Assembly: GCA_963725865.1 (NCBI GenBank)
Contig: CAVSAC010000012.1
Span: 64,001 to 128,000 of the forward strand
Direction: 5' to 3'
Source: Candidatus Eiseniibacteriota bacterium
GTDB lineage: Bacteria; Eisenbacteria; RBG-16-71-46
Length of the DNA stretch: 64,000 nucleotides
The position numbers were made by a program, and so were the translations under genes. The notes under the pieces are model-generated. The model searched no databases, was not told where the DNA came from, and saw only the letters and a list, made by a program, of their open reading frames with translations. How positions within the stretch are numbered: the stretch's first letter is position 1; every line of letters starts with the position of its first letter. Positions 11,101-20,830 of the stretch are shown here, one piece after another.

Positions 11101-11739
11101 TGCCTGAGCGATCCGGGCGGCGTGTTCCTGATCTCGACCGGCCGCTCGACCGCGGGCCGCACCAAGGTGCGACTGCAGTATCGCGTCACGCCGGTGATCG
11201 GGCTGCCGGTGGCTGGCGCGAGCGGGTTCACCGCGTGGACTGCGACCGGTGCGCCGGTCGCCAACGGCAGCCTCGCCGCACTCGCCGCCGGCGCCAGTGG
11301 CCTGACCAACGGCGTGCCGTACGCGTGGCAGCTGCGCACGCTCTCGCACTCCGTGTACTTCCCGACCGGCCCGTGGCGCTCGCCGGTGCGCAGCGGCCGG
11401 CTCGAGACCGACTTCCGCGTGCCGGGCACCTGGCTCGCGGTCGACGGTGGCCCCGCGGTGTCGCGGCTGATGCTCGCGGACGCGCGGCCGAACCCGATGC
11501 GGACCGCGACGTCGATCGGCTTCGCGCTCACGCGCTCGGGCGCGGTCTCGCTCGAGGTGCTCGACCTGCAGGGCCGCCGCGTGCGCTCGCTCGCGCGCGG
11601 CGTGCACGCCGCCGGGCTGCACCGCCTCGACTGGGACGGTCGCGGCGAGGATGGCGCGCCGGTCGGAGCCGGCATCTACTTCGTGCGCCTCGAAGCCGAA
11701 GGGCAGGCGTTCAGTCGCAAGCTGGCGTTGCTGCGCTGA
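8196..11739 (+). CDS. Secreted integrin-alpha-like FG-GAP repeat protein (14 repeats) with C-terminal FlgD-Ig/T9SS-like domain; one frameshift near 9520
   Basis: AGGAGG RBS, signal peptide, 14 copies of (A/M)GD.(N/D/T)(G/A)(D/N)...D across ORFs 8010.. and 9595..; C-terminal PNP..DLQGRRVRSL..WDG..GIYFVRL. Confidence 0.85.
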
Positions 11740-11753
11740 CGATCGCGTGAGTG

Positions 11754-11795
11754 ATGCCGAGCGGGGGCGGCCATACGGTTGCCCCCGCTCGGCGT
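11754..11795. terminator. Strong GC hairpin downstream of FG-GAP gene (terminator or REP-like)
   Basis: GCCGAGCGGGGGCGGCC-ATAC-GGTTGCCCCCGCTCGGC; no long U-tract. Confidence 0.5.
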
Positions 11796-11980
11796 TGGCG
11801 CGCGGGTTCGCGCCCGGTGCTGGATGCGCGCGGGGCTGCACGCGCCGACTCGTGCGTGCGCCCGCACGCCTACAGCCCCGCAAGCCTGCGGCCCCGCGCA
11901 CGCGACCCGCGAGTTGTGGCATGCTGCGCGCCGTGCAGGACCGGCGGAGGGCCGCCGGGCCCGGTCGAAAGGAGATCGAC

Positions 11981-12369
11981 GTGAGAGCGTGGATGTTCGC
12001 AGCGCTGCTGGTGGCGGCACTCGGGATCTCGTGCGGCGGCGACTTCGGCTATCCGGCCGCCGAGAAGGTCGCGGTGGCGTGGACCGCCACGCCCGAAGCG
12101 CAGTCGATGTTCCAGAACCTGTTCGTGCTGAAGCAGACTCGCGACTTCCACGTGACCTGCGCCACCGCGCTGCCGCTGACCGACGACGACAAGGCGGCGA
12201 ACATCGCCGGTGCCTGGTGCGTGACCGTGGGCTTCTCCGGCCGGTGCGCACGTTCGACGGCAAGCCCGCCCCCTGGGACGAGCACTCGATCTCGGTGACC
12301 GTGAAGGCCGACAAGGGCGCTGCGCCCAGCGTGCGATCGTGGGCCGATTGCGCGTGCGGGAAGCCGTAG
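11981..12369 (+). CDS. Hypothetical lipoprotein; frameshift near 12240
   Basis: AAGGAG RBS, GTG start, lipobox LGISC; protein-like sequence continues in the frame ending at 12369. Confidence 0.6.
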
Positions 12370-12525
12370 GGGCGGGGGACGCGATGAGGGCGCGGCGATT
12401 CGCAGGCCTGAACAGGCGATCGCTGGTGCGAGCGTGCCGCCTCGAGCTGGCGTATCTCCAGTCGAACGAACTCCTGATTGACAGTCTCCTGCGTGTCGGA
12501 CGTCCACTTGCGTGCGCGAGTCGAC

Positions 12526-13250
12526 TCGACCTCGCGCGCGCGGCACCCTCACTCGCGCGGCCCTGATTCCGAAGGCATCGATCATGTCCGCCGCCGTGCC
12601 GCCCTCCGACCGCAGGCCCCTCGCCTCGGCGCGCGGCATCTGCCCGCACACCTTCCTCTCGCCGTCGCTCGCACCATCGCTGCGCGACGGCCCGACTCCA
12701 CCGCGCTCGGCGAGCGCGCCCACTCGCGAGTCCCCACGCTTCGCCCCACCGGCAGTAAAATGGAGGCCGTTCCATGTGCCGCGTCCTCGGGGTTCTGGTT
12801 GCTCATGGCCATGTTGATTCCACGCCCGTCATCCGCGCTGCAGCTCCACTGGGGCTCCGGCGCGACCACGCTGAGCTTCGCAGAAGCCACGCGCTGCACG
12901 CTGGTGGTGCAGGCGGACTCGAGCGAGTCAGCGATTGCCCTCGGAGTGGCGACTGCTGTGGGTCGCCGACAGCAGCACGGACATCAACCCGGTGCCGATC
13001 GACGCGCAGCTTGCCTGCGAGGCGGACCGTGGCGCAGGTGTTGGCGATCGACGAGCCCGCGACATCGCGCGGACAGCGCGGCGCACCTGCGGACGATCCA
13101 CTTCTGCTCCGAGGACGGACCGGCGTCGACGATCGCCGACTACCTGCTGGACCTGCCGGCGGAGAGCCGCGGGCGGTTCAAGGCGGTGGCGCTGGATCCG
13201 AACGATTCCACTCAGGTGATCGAGTCGAACGAGGTGACGTTCAACGGCGG
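12526..13250 (+). repeat. Direct repeat copy 1 (~725 bp): upstream leader plus N-terminal domain of GH cassette
   Basis: Colinear with 18327..19050, e.g. TCGACCTCGCGCGCGCGGCACCCTCACTCGCGCGGCCC and GCGCACCTGCGGACGATCCACTTCTGCTCCGAGGACGGACCGGCGTCGACGATCGC identical in both. Confidence 0.95.
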
Positions 13251-14922
13251 ATACGACGGCGAGTACCCGGTCGCCGTGCTTCGCGTCGCGACCATCCATC
13301 GATCAACAGAGTTCCGGGTGATTGCCGTTGGGACGGGGCTTGAACGGACTGCGACGCTGTCGCTCGAGGCACGCGACGAGTCGTGGAGTCAGCCCCTCAT
13401 GATCGACTCGAGATCGGACCACCAGGTGTCGGCGGTTGCTTCACTGGCGGCAGCAGTGCCGGAGTGCGTGCTGCGGGCCGAGGGCATGGGAGGTTCGGTT
13501 TCGGATCTCACCGTGCTGGCTGAGGTCCCGCCCTCACTCCCGCCGCTCAGCCCGACAGGGTCTTCCTGCCAAGAGAACTTCAAGGAGCACAAGCCGGGCT
13601 TTCCGATCGGAATGATCCAGCCAAAGGACTTCGCGTTCGTGCTGGGTGGATGGACGCCACAGGGCGAGTGGACGTTCCATCTCTTCTACATCCGCCAGAA
13701 CCAGGAAACGAAGAAGTGGCGATTGACCCACGGTGGGCCCGACTCCACTGAACGGAACATCGGGCATGCGGTTTCCAACGATCTCGATGACTGGCCTCAA
13801 GACCTCATCGACACGACCGCGATCGTGTCGCGACCCGGTGCCGCCAACTTCGACAGCAGGCACGTCTGGGCTCCGTCCATCGTGCTCTACGGCCTGACCT
13901 ACTACATGTTCTACACCGGGGTCGATGACGTCGGAGATCAGCGGATGGGTCTGGCAACGTCGACCGATCTCGTCACCTGGACGCAGCGCGACCAGCCCAT
14001 CATCGACTACACGCAGCTCGGATCATGGGCAAATCCGACCTCAACGACGGACCCCTTCACCGGGAATGCCCAGTTCCGCGACCCGTTCGTGATGCCCGAT
14101 CCCGATCCCGCCCACCCTGGCCAATGGCTGATGTACTTCGTGACCATCGCAGCCGACGCCCCTTCGCGGATGGAGGTCGGGGTAGCCAGATCGGACGGGG
14201 ACTTCACAGTTTGGCGTGACAGCTATGGCCTGCCGAGCACGCGGCATCCATACGGTGCCGGGTTCATCGTCGAGTCGCCGCACGTATTCCGCTATCAGGA
14301 CCGTTGGTGGCTCTTCTACACGGCGAACAACCTCGACGTGTGGGGGATTTCCCACCCGAGCGATCCGACGGATCCGGGGACAGCCCTTTGGACCCCGACG
14401 ATGCACTTGGACTCGTTGGTCATCGACGAGGCTACCGGCCTGCCGTCGAACACCTACGACTACTGGAAGGCGTCCGAGTTCCTCGAAGTGAACGTCACCA
14501 ACGACGTGGCCTACCTGGCCGCTTACAACGACCAATCAGTCGGAATCAGTTACATCCCGGTCCAACTCGCAACGACGCCTTATCTCTTCAAGGAGCATTG
14601 CCCGGTCAGCGCCGCCGGTGTCGAATCCGATCTGACGGAACTGCGGGAGGTTGGTCTCCGAGTGTCCGGAGCTGTTCCCAGCCGACTTCCGATCTCGCTT
14701 CGAGTCGAACTCCCGGCTGCCTCGAGCGCGCGGTTGGCGATCTACGATGTCCTCGGCCGAAGGGTCCGCACATTGCACGATGGCGGTCTGGCCCGGGGCA
14801 CGTTCGCGTTCTCCTGGGACGGTCGAAACGAGTCAGGCCACTCGGTAGGTCCTGGCCTCTACTTCGCGCGGTTCCAGACGATCGCCGGCGAGCGGCGGGT
14901 GAGAATGGTGATGATCCGATGA
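12760..14922 (+). CDS. Secreted 5-bladed beta-propeller glycoside hydrolase (GH32/GH43-like) with conserved N-terminal domain and FlgD-Ig/T9SS-like CTD; compensating indels 12930-13070
   Basis: QPKDFAF, FHLFY, IGHAVSNDL, VWAPS, FRDPFVM, VESPH motifs (acidic triad D/D/E as in clan J/F); CTD DVLGRRVRTL..WDG..GLYFARF; start uncertain (12760/12774). Confidence 0.8.
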   Translation: MEAVPCAASSGFWLLMAMLIPRPSSALQLHWGSGATTLSFAEATRCTLVVQADSSESAIALGVATAVGRRQQHGHQPGADRRAACLRGGPWRRCWRSTSPRHRADSAAHLRTIHFCSEDGPASTIADYLLDLPAESRGRFKAVALDPNDSTQVIESNEVTFNGGYDGEYPVAVLRVATIHRSTEFRVIAVGTGLERTATLSLEARDESWSQPLMIDSRSDHQVSAVASLAAAVPECVLRAEGMGGSVSDLTVLAEVPPSLPPLSPTGSSCQENFKEHKPGFPIGMIQPKDFAFVLGGWTPQGEWTFHLFYIRQNQETKKWRLTHGGPDSTERNIGHAVSNDLDDWPQDLIDTTAIVSRPGAANFDSRHVWAPSIVLYGLTYYMFYTGVDDVGDQRMGLATSTDLVTWTQRDQPIIDYTQLGSWANPTSTTDPFTGNAQFRDPFVMPDPDPAHPGQWLMYFVTIAADAPSRMEVGVARSDGDFTVWRDSYGLPSTRHPYGAGFIVESPHVFRYQDRWWLFYTANNLDVWGISHPSDPTDPGTALWTPTMHLDSLVIDEATGLPSNTYDYWKASEFLEVNVTNDVAYLAAYNDQSVGISYIPVQLATTPYLFKEHCPVSAAGVESDLTELREVGLRVSGAVPSRLPISLRVELPAASSARLAIYDVLGRRVRTLHDGGLARGTFAFSWDGRNESGHSVGPGLYFARFQTIAGERRVRMVMIR

Positions 14923-17534
14923 GGCCGGTGCGATTCGCGCCACGGAGCTCGGTGGAGTGTCCCATCATGAACGCACGGCCGCCTTGGCGACGGGGTACTG
15001 AGCAACGCGAGTCAACCCGAGCACGCCGCGAGCGCGCGCTTGCAAGGGTCATTGCGAGCGCGGCGATCGCCTGCTCGCTGGTGGGAGTAACACGCGCTCA
15101 AGAGCCGGACACCGTCCTCTGGGGTCCCAACGCGAACGTGCTGGACATCGCGCGCTCCGGAGACAAGCTCTACATTGCTGGCGCCTTCACCCAGATAGGT
15201 CCGAACACGGGCTCCGGGGTTCCGCTCGACCGCGCGAGTGGGGCGATCGTCCGACCGTTCGCGAAGGTCGCCGGGACCGTGAACGCGGTGGTCGCCGACG
15301 GTCAGGGCGGATGGTTCATTGGCGGTTGGTTTGTCGCTGTGGGGGGCGAGCCCCGTGCGGGGCTCGCCCATGTCCTGGCGAGTGGTCGGGTGGCGCAATG
15401 GAATCCCGGGCAGGATGGACTGGTCGAGGCGCTGGCGCTGCGTGACGGTGTCCTGTACGTCGCGGGGTCGTTCACACGGCTAGGCGGCGCGGCGCGCCGA
15501 TGTCTGGGAGCGCTCGACGCCGAGACGGGTTCCGTCACAGCTTGGGACCCGTCCCCCAATCGACGCGTGCATGCGCTGTGGGTGAGAGACTCGACGCTGT
15601 ACGCCGGAGGCGAATTCGACACGATTGCCAGCGTGGCGCGCAACAGCCTCGCCGAGGTCGAGCTCCAACGGCCAGCAGTCACGAGTTGGGATCCTAGCGT
15701 GGGCTTCAGCGGTTTCGCCGGTACGGTACGTGCGATCGCAGTTGCCGGTGACACGGTGTACTTCGGCGGGAGCTTCGGAAACGTCGGCGGCGTGCCTCGC
15801 TACAACGTCGGCGCGGTGGACGCTCGGACGGCAATGGCCACCGATTGGGATCCGTTTGCCGCTAGCTGCAACTGCAATGACTACGACCCGAGCCCCTATG
15901 TGAGCGAGTTGGCGCTCACCGAGCAGACGGTCCTGATCGCGGGGCACTTCTCCACCGTCGGCGGGCTCGACCGCGGAGGTGTGGCGGAGGTCGATCGCAT
16001 CCTGGGTGCGCCCACGGAGTGGGATCCTCAGGTCGGGCCGCGCTACCCCGACTACGCACCGATTGTGACCGCCCTGGCCGTTGCTGAAAGCACAGTGTAT
16101 GTCAGCGGGTACTTCCACTCGGTCGGTGAACAGGAGCGCTTCTGCCTCGCCGAGATCGAGTTGAGTTCTGGCGGCGCGACCGACTGGAATCCGAGACCGA
16201 ACGGCCCCGCGTACGCGCTTTCCGTAAGCAGCGGGACCGTGTTTGCTGGCGGGCTGTTTGAATCGGTCGGCGAATGGGTGAACCGGCGGCACCTCGCGGT
16301 CCTCGACGCCAAGACTGGAAGGCCGACGGACTGGGACCCGTCACCGGATGGCCTAGGGGTGCAGGGCATCGCGGTTGATGGAGACCGGGTCTACGTCAGC
16401 GGTCATTTCAGCACGATCGGTGGTCAGGAGCGTTCGTCTCTTGCTGCGCTCGACACGCTCACCGGCCAGGCCCTGCCATGGGCTCCGAACCCCAACTACA
16501 CCTGCGGACCCATCAAGATCGCCGACGGGCGACTCTATGTCGTGGGCGGCTTCACCGCGATCGGTGGCGTGCCGCGCGGCCGCGCCGCTTCGTTCGACCT
16601 GGCTACCGGGGAGTTGACCAGCTGGGACCCGAATGCCAGCGATGAGGTCTACGATGTCGCTGTCATCGACCGCGTCGCGTTCATAGGTGGGTTCTTCCGA
16701 ACGGTGGGTGGCCTACCGCGGTCCTCTGTCGCAGCGGTCGACGCCACGTCTGGTGCGGTCCTCGATTGGAATCCGGTCCTGGGTGCGTGGGTTGATGCCA
16801 TTGAGGCCAACGACAGCACGGTCTTCATCGGGGGAGGATTCCAGGTGGTGAATGGCCTGCCGCGCGAGCGCTTCGCCGCCCTCGACGCGAAGACAGGGGA
16901 GCTACGGGACTGGAGCGCCGACGCCAGCCTGTCGAATCCCTATCTCGCGAGGGTCTTCACGCTCGACTTGGTCCACGACACGCTGTACGCCGGTGGCAAC
17001 TTCGATCACATCGCGGGTCAACCTCGTAGCAGCCTGGTGGCGCTCGACGCCGAGTCGGGTCGAGTGTTGGACTGGGACCCACACCTTGGGGGCCTCAATG
17101 GAGACCCCCCGCCCAGAACTGGGGTGATCTGGTCGGTGAGTGCCATCGGGAACACACTCTTCGTCGGCGGTTCATTCGGTTGGGCGGGGACCGATCCGAT
17201 CTCGTGCTTCGCCGCGCTCTCGCGCGCCCCCCAGTCCGACACCATTCCCGAGCCCACGCCGATCCCGATGCGGCTTGCTATCGACGCCGTCAGCCCCAAT
17301 CCCGTGCGCTCGAACTCGACGATCCGGTTCTCCATCCCGACTCTCGGCCCGGTGACTCTGGCGATCTTCGACCTGCAAGGCCGCCGAGTCGAGACGCTCC
17401 TGAAGGACGAACCGTTGCTGGCCGGTGTGCACGTCGTGCGACTGCCCGCCACAGACCGGCCCATAGGCTGCTATTTCTGTCGGCTTCAGTCAGGCGGCAA
17501 GATCGCAACGCGCAAGTTCATCGCGCTGCGATAG
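14919..17534 (+). CDS. Secreted 14-repeat beta-propeller protein with T9SS-like CTD
   Basis: Signal peptide; 14 repeats of (L/V)Y.GG.F...GG..R...A..D...G....W.P; PNP..DLQGRRV..GCYFCRL tail; ATGA-coupled to upstream GH (alternative start 14967). Confidence 0.85.
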   Translation: MRPVRFAPRSSVECPIMNARPPWRRGTEQRESTRARRERALARVIASAAIACSLVGVTRAQEPDTVLWGPNANVLDIARSGDKLYIAGAFTQIGPNTGSGVPLDRASGAIVRPFAKVAGTVNAVVADGQGGWFIGGWFVAVGGEPRAGLAHVLASGRVAQWNPGQDGLVEALALRDGVLYVAGSFTRLGGAARRCLGALDAETGSVTAWDPSPNRRVHALWVRDSTLYAGGEFDTIASVARNSLAEVELQRPAVTSWDPSVGFSGFAGTVRAIAVAGDTVYFGGSFGNVGGVPRYNVGAVDARTAMATDWDPFAASCNCNDYDPSPYVSELALTEQTVLIAGHFSTVGGLDRGGVAEVDRILGAPTEWDPQVGPRYPDYAPIVTALAVAESTVYVSGYFHSVGEQERFCLAEIELSSGGATDWNPRPNGPAYALSVSSGTVFAGGLFESVGEWVNRRHLAVLDAKTGRPTDWDPSPDGLGVQGIAVDGDRVYVSGHFSTIGGQERSSLAALDTLTGQALPWAPNPNYTCGPIKIADGRLYVVGGFTAIGGVPRGRAASFDLATGELTSWDPNASDEVYDVAVIDRVAFIGGFFRTVGGLPRSSVAAVDATSGAVLDWNPVLGAWVDAIEANDSTVFIGGGFQVVNGLPRERFAALDAKTGELRDWSADASLSNPYLARVFTLDLVHDTLYAGGNFDHIAGQPRSSLVALDAESGRVLDWDPHLGGLNGDPPPRTGVIWSVSAIGNTLFVGGSFGWAGTDPISCFAALSRAPQSDTIPEPTPIPMRLAIDAVSPNPVRSNSTIRFSIPTLGPVTLAIFDLQGRRVETLLKDEPLLAGVHVVRLPATDRPIGCYFCRLQSGGKIATRKFIALR

Positions 17535-17626
17535 GGCGTCCGCGTCGGTGAGCAGAGCGCGTTGCGTCACCGGGGCTGGGCGTGACGTCCGGCGTTCTTC
17601 GCATCATCCGGTGCTACTCCTTCCCC

Positions 17627-18107
17627 TCAGAAGTGCTCGTCCCCCGGGAACACCACCGCGTCCCGTGTCCCAAGCCTCCGATCCCACGGGCCGCCGCGCC
17701 AGTTGTCGCGGTGGCCCTCGGCCGGCAGCCAGCCGGGCAGGTCGAGCATCAGGTGCGCGGCCAGCGCCTGCGCGTAGGGCTCGTAGAGCTTGCGCAGCGC
17801 GGTCAGCCGCTCCACGAACTCGGGTGAGTCGGGCACGCGGATCGACGCCTCTGCGAGCTGCTCGCGCAGTCGCCGCAGCGCGCCGGCATCCAGCCGATCG
17901 GGCGCGCCGGGCGCGTAGCGCGGCACGAAGATCTGCGTCACGTCCACCAGCGTGTGGCGCGCCATCGCGAACGTGAGCTGCGCCTGCTCCGAGGGCATGC
18001 CCTCGATGCCGGCGACGATCAGCGCGCTCGAGTCGAGGATCGCGGTGAGTGCTGCGAGCCACGACTGATTGCTGTGCTGCGAGCGGTAGTACGCGAGCAG
18101 CGGATAG
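17627..18107 (-). pseudogene. 3' fragment of a potassium-channel-family protein (cytoplasmic tail, no TM/pore)
   Basis: YPLLAYYRSQHSNQSWLAALTAILD..LTFAMARH..LR..YEPY..AL motif string recalled from that family; N-terminal channel region absent. Confidence 0.6.
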
Positions 18108-18110
18108 TCG

Positions 18111-18203
18111 TTGCGGCTGTGGGAGTCGCCGTGGGTGTTCGCGCTCATCGTCGCGATGCTGAGCGTCGAGTGGGCGTGGCGGCGGAGACGCGGGCTGCCG
18201 TAG
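18111..18203 (+). pseudogene. Orphan 3' tail of a membrane-anchored VWA/GATase-type protein
   Basis: Translates LRLWESPWVFALIVAMLSVEWAWRRRRGLP*, a typical EW..RRR.G C-terminal anchor; no upstream gene body. Confidence 0.6.
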
Positions 18204-18326
18204 CGGCGAGGCGAGGCGTCCCGAGTTCCTGAGGCCCGGTGGAGATGGGTGGTTTCTCCATCCCGCAGCGAATACCGCTTGCCCCCCCCCCCCGGTCACG
18301 GGTGTTCACTCTCTTCGCGCGACGCA

Positions 18327-19050
18327 TCGACCTCGCGCGCGCGGCACCCTCACTCGCGCGGCCCTCTGCCTTCGAAGGCATCGATCATGTTCGCCGCCGT
18401 GCCGCCCGTTCACCTCAGGCCCCTCGCCCTCGCGCATGGCTCCTGCCTGCACACCCTCCTCACGCGGTCGCTCGCACCGCTTCGCCGTGATGGCTCCGCT
18501 CCGCTGTACCTCGTGAGCGCACCCACCCTCGAGCCCACCGCTGCAGCCCACCCCGCAGTACAATGGAGGCCGTTCCATGTGCCGCATACTCGGGGTTCTG
18601 GTTCTCATGGCCATGCTCGATTCCACGCTCGTCATTCGCGCTTCAGCTCCACTGGGGCTCTGGCGCCACCACGCTGAGCTTTGCAGAGGCGACGCGCTGC
18701 ACGCTGGTGGTGCAGGCGGACTCGAGCGAGTCGCGATTGCCCTCGGAGTGGCGACTGCTGTGGGTCGCCGATAGCAGCACCGACATCAGCCCGGTGCCGA
18801 TCGACGCGCAGCTCGCGTGTGAGGCGGACATGGCGCAGGTGTCCGCGGTGGACGGGCCCGCGAATGCCGCCGACAGTGCTGCGCACCTGCGGACGATCCA
18901 CTTCTGCTCCGAGGACGGACCGGCGTCGACGATCGCGCAGTACCTGCTGGACCTGCCGGCGGAGAGCCGCGGGCGATTCAAGGCGGTGGCACTGGATCCG
19001 AGCGATTCCACGCAGGTGATCGAGTCGAATGAGGCGACGTTCAACGGCGG
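18327..19050 (+). repeat. Direct repeat copy 2 (~724 bp)
   Basis: Colinear with 12526..13250; high identity ends after ACGTTCAACGGCGG. Confidence 0.95.
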
Positions 19051-20719
19051 GATCGGTGGTGACTACGCTCCTGCCGTGCTCAACGTTTCGATCTCCCACT
19101 CTGGCGGCGATCTCACCATCACGGCCATCGGGGCTGGCCTCGCCGATGCGGGCACGATGGCCCTGGCGGCACCGGACACGTCGTGGCGCATGCCGCTGAC
19201 CATCACCCAGCGCAACGCGAATCGTGCGGTCGCGGCCGGCTACCTCGGCATTCCGGTCCCCGACTGCAACCTCGACCTCGCCGGTTCCTCCGGTGGGCTC
19301 ACCACGACCGCGATGAGCGCGGAAGCGCAAACCACGCAGCCCATGGCGCCCATTGGGTCCTCCGCCAAGTTCGTACCCGCCTACGATATCGTCCAGCCGA
19401 AGGACTTCGCCTTCTACTACCAGCAGCAGCTCGGCCTCTTCCACCTGTTCTACATCGTCCAGAACCGGGTGATCCTCGGGAACCTGGGCGAGGATGCCAC
19501 CGAGCGGTGCATCGGCCACGCCTGGTCGAACGACCTCGAGCACTGGACGATCATGGATAGCGTCCTCACGGTCCGATCCGACAACTGGGACAACCTCCAT
19601 ATCTGGGCGCCGACGATCGTTCAGAAGGACCTGCAGTTCAAGCTGTTCTACACCGCCGTGCATCTCGACGGCGACGGGAACCGGATCCAGAAGATCGGAC
19701 TGGCCACCGCCGACGCCACGTTGCCGTACGACAGCCTGAAGACGTGGACGCCCCGCGACTCGTCGGTGTTCTCCTGCTACCAGGTGCCGTGGGCGAACAA
19801 GAACACGCGGGTCTACGACGGCCAGCAGTTCCGCGATCCGTTCGTCATGCCCGACCCGGACTCGGTGGGCCGCTACCTGATGTACTTCGTCACCATCCAC
19901 AAGGACGAGACCGAACAGATGGTGGTCGGCCTGGCGCGCTCAGCGGGGGACCTGACGGCGTGGCGCAGCTACGGGCCGATGCACGGTACCGAGCATCAGT
20001 ACACCGGAACCACGAACAAGCACGTCGAGTCCCCGCATCTGTTCCAGCACTACGACGTCACGTCGGGCACGCTGTCGCGCTGGCTGCTCCTGACGACGAG
20101 CACCAACCTGTCCGAGCGGAACATGCACTTCCAGCGGACGCTCGGCTCGCCCAGCGACACGCTGGCCGGGCCCTGGGTGCCCACCACCGAGCTGTTCACG
20201 TACCTGGCTGGGGACTCGACCGTCGACTACTGGCATGCGACGGAGTACCTCCCCGTCCCGGCGAGGATCGGCGGCTACGCGACAACGCACGAGTTCCTGG
20301 CGGCGTACGACGACTGGACGTGGGGCATCGACATCAACGAGATCCTGTGGAACGCGAACCCGGCGGCGCCGTACTACGCCGACTTCACGCTCGCGTATCC
20401 ATCGCTGGCGTCTGCTGACCCGGGGACGGCCGCGCCTCGGGAGGGAGCCCGTCTGCTGCTGCTCGGACGTCTGCCGGCCATGAGCGAAGCGCGCGTCGCG
20501 GTGGACTTGCCCGCCGGCGCACACGCCATCGTGACGGTGCTGGATGTCCAGGGTCGCAGCGTCCGAACGCTGGTGCGGGGCGTGCTGCCGGCCGGCCGGA
20601 CGACCGCACGCTGGGATGGTCGCGCGAACGATGGGCGACGGGTGCCGAGCGGCGTGTACTTCGTGCGCCTGAACGCGGAGGGGGTGGAGCGAACCGCTCG
20701 GCTCGTGCTGCTTCACTAG
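18563..20719 (+). CDS. Second GH32/GH43-like secreted glycoside hydrolase with FlgD-Ig/T9SS-like CTD
   Basis: QPKDFAF, FHLFY, IGHAWSNDL, IWAPT, FRDPFVM, VESPH; CTD ..WDG..SGVYFVRL; start uncertain (18563/18577). Confidence 0.85.
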   Translation: MEAVPCAAYSGFWFSWPCSIPRSSFALQLHWGSGATTLSFAEATRCTLVVQADSSESRLPSEWRLLWVADSSTDISPVPIDAQLACEADMAQVSAVDGPANAADSAAHLRTIHFCSEDGPASTIAQYLLDLPAESRGRFKAVALDPSDSTQVIESNEATFNGGIGGDYAPAVLNVSISHSGGDLTITAIGAGLADAGTMALAAPDTSWRMPLTITQRNANRAVAAGYLGIPVPDCNLDLAGSSGGLTTTAMSAEAQTTQPMAPIGSSAKFVPAYDIVQPKDFAFYYQQQLGLFHLFYIVQNRVILGNLGEDATERCIGHAWSNDLEHWTIMDSVLTVRSDNWDNLHIWAPTIVQKDLQFKLFYTAVHLDGDGNRIQKIGLATADATLPYDSLKTWTPRDSSVFSCYQVPWANKNTRVYDGQQFRDPFVMPDPDSVGRYLMYFVTIHKDETEQMVVGLARSAGDLTAWRSYGPMHGTEHQYTGTTNKHVESPHLFQHYDVTSGTLSRWLLLTTSTNLSERNMHFQRTLGSPSDTLAGPWVPTTELFTYLAGDSTVDYWHATEYLPVPARIGGYATTHEFLAAYDDWTWGIDINEILWNANPAAPYYADFTLAYPSLASADPGTAAPREGARLLLLGRLPAMSEARVAVDLPAGAHAIVTVLDVQGRSVRTLVRGVLPAGRTTARWDGRANDGRRVPSGVYFVRLNAEGVERTARLVLLH

Positions 20720-20830
20720 ATCCGGTTCTTCGCTGCCGCGTCCGCCAGGACGTGGCGCTGTTCCAGGCGACTTCGGTGCCACGCTCGATGGCGTGATAGG
20801 AGTGATGATGACTCGGCTCGACGGTGCGTC

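Noticed and set aside
14304..14918. N-terminal extension of the 1076-aa ORF
   Set aside because: Overlaps the GH gene out of frame; the signal peptide lies after 14919
12526..19050. Repeat pair as diversity-generating retroelement TR/VR
   Set aside because: Differences are not adenine-specific, the repeat is N-terminal, and no reverse transcriptase is in the window
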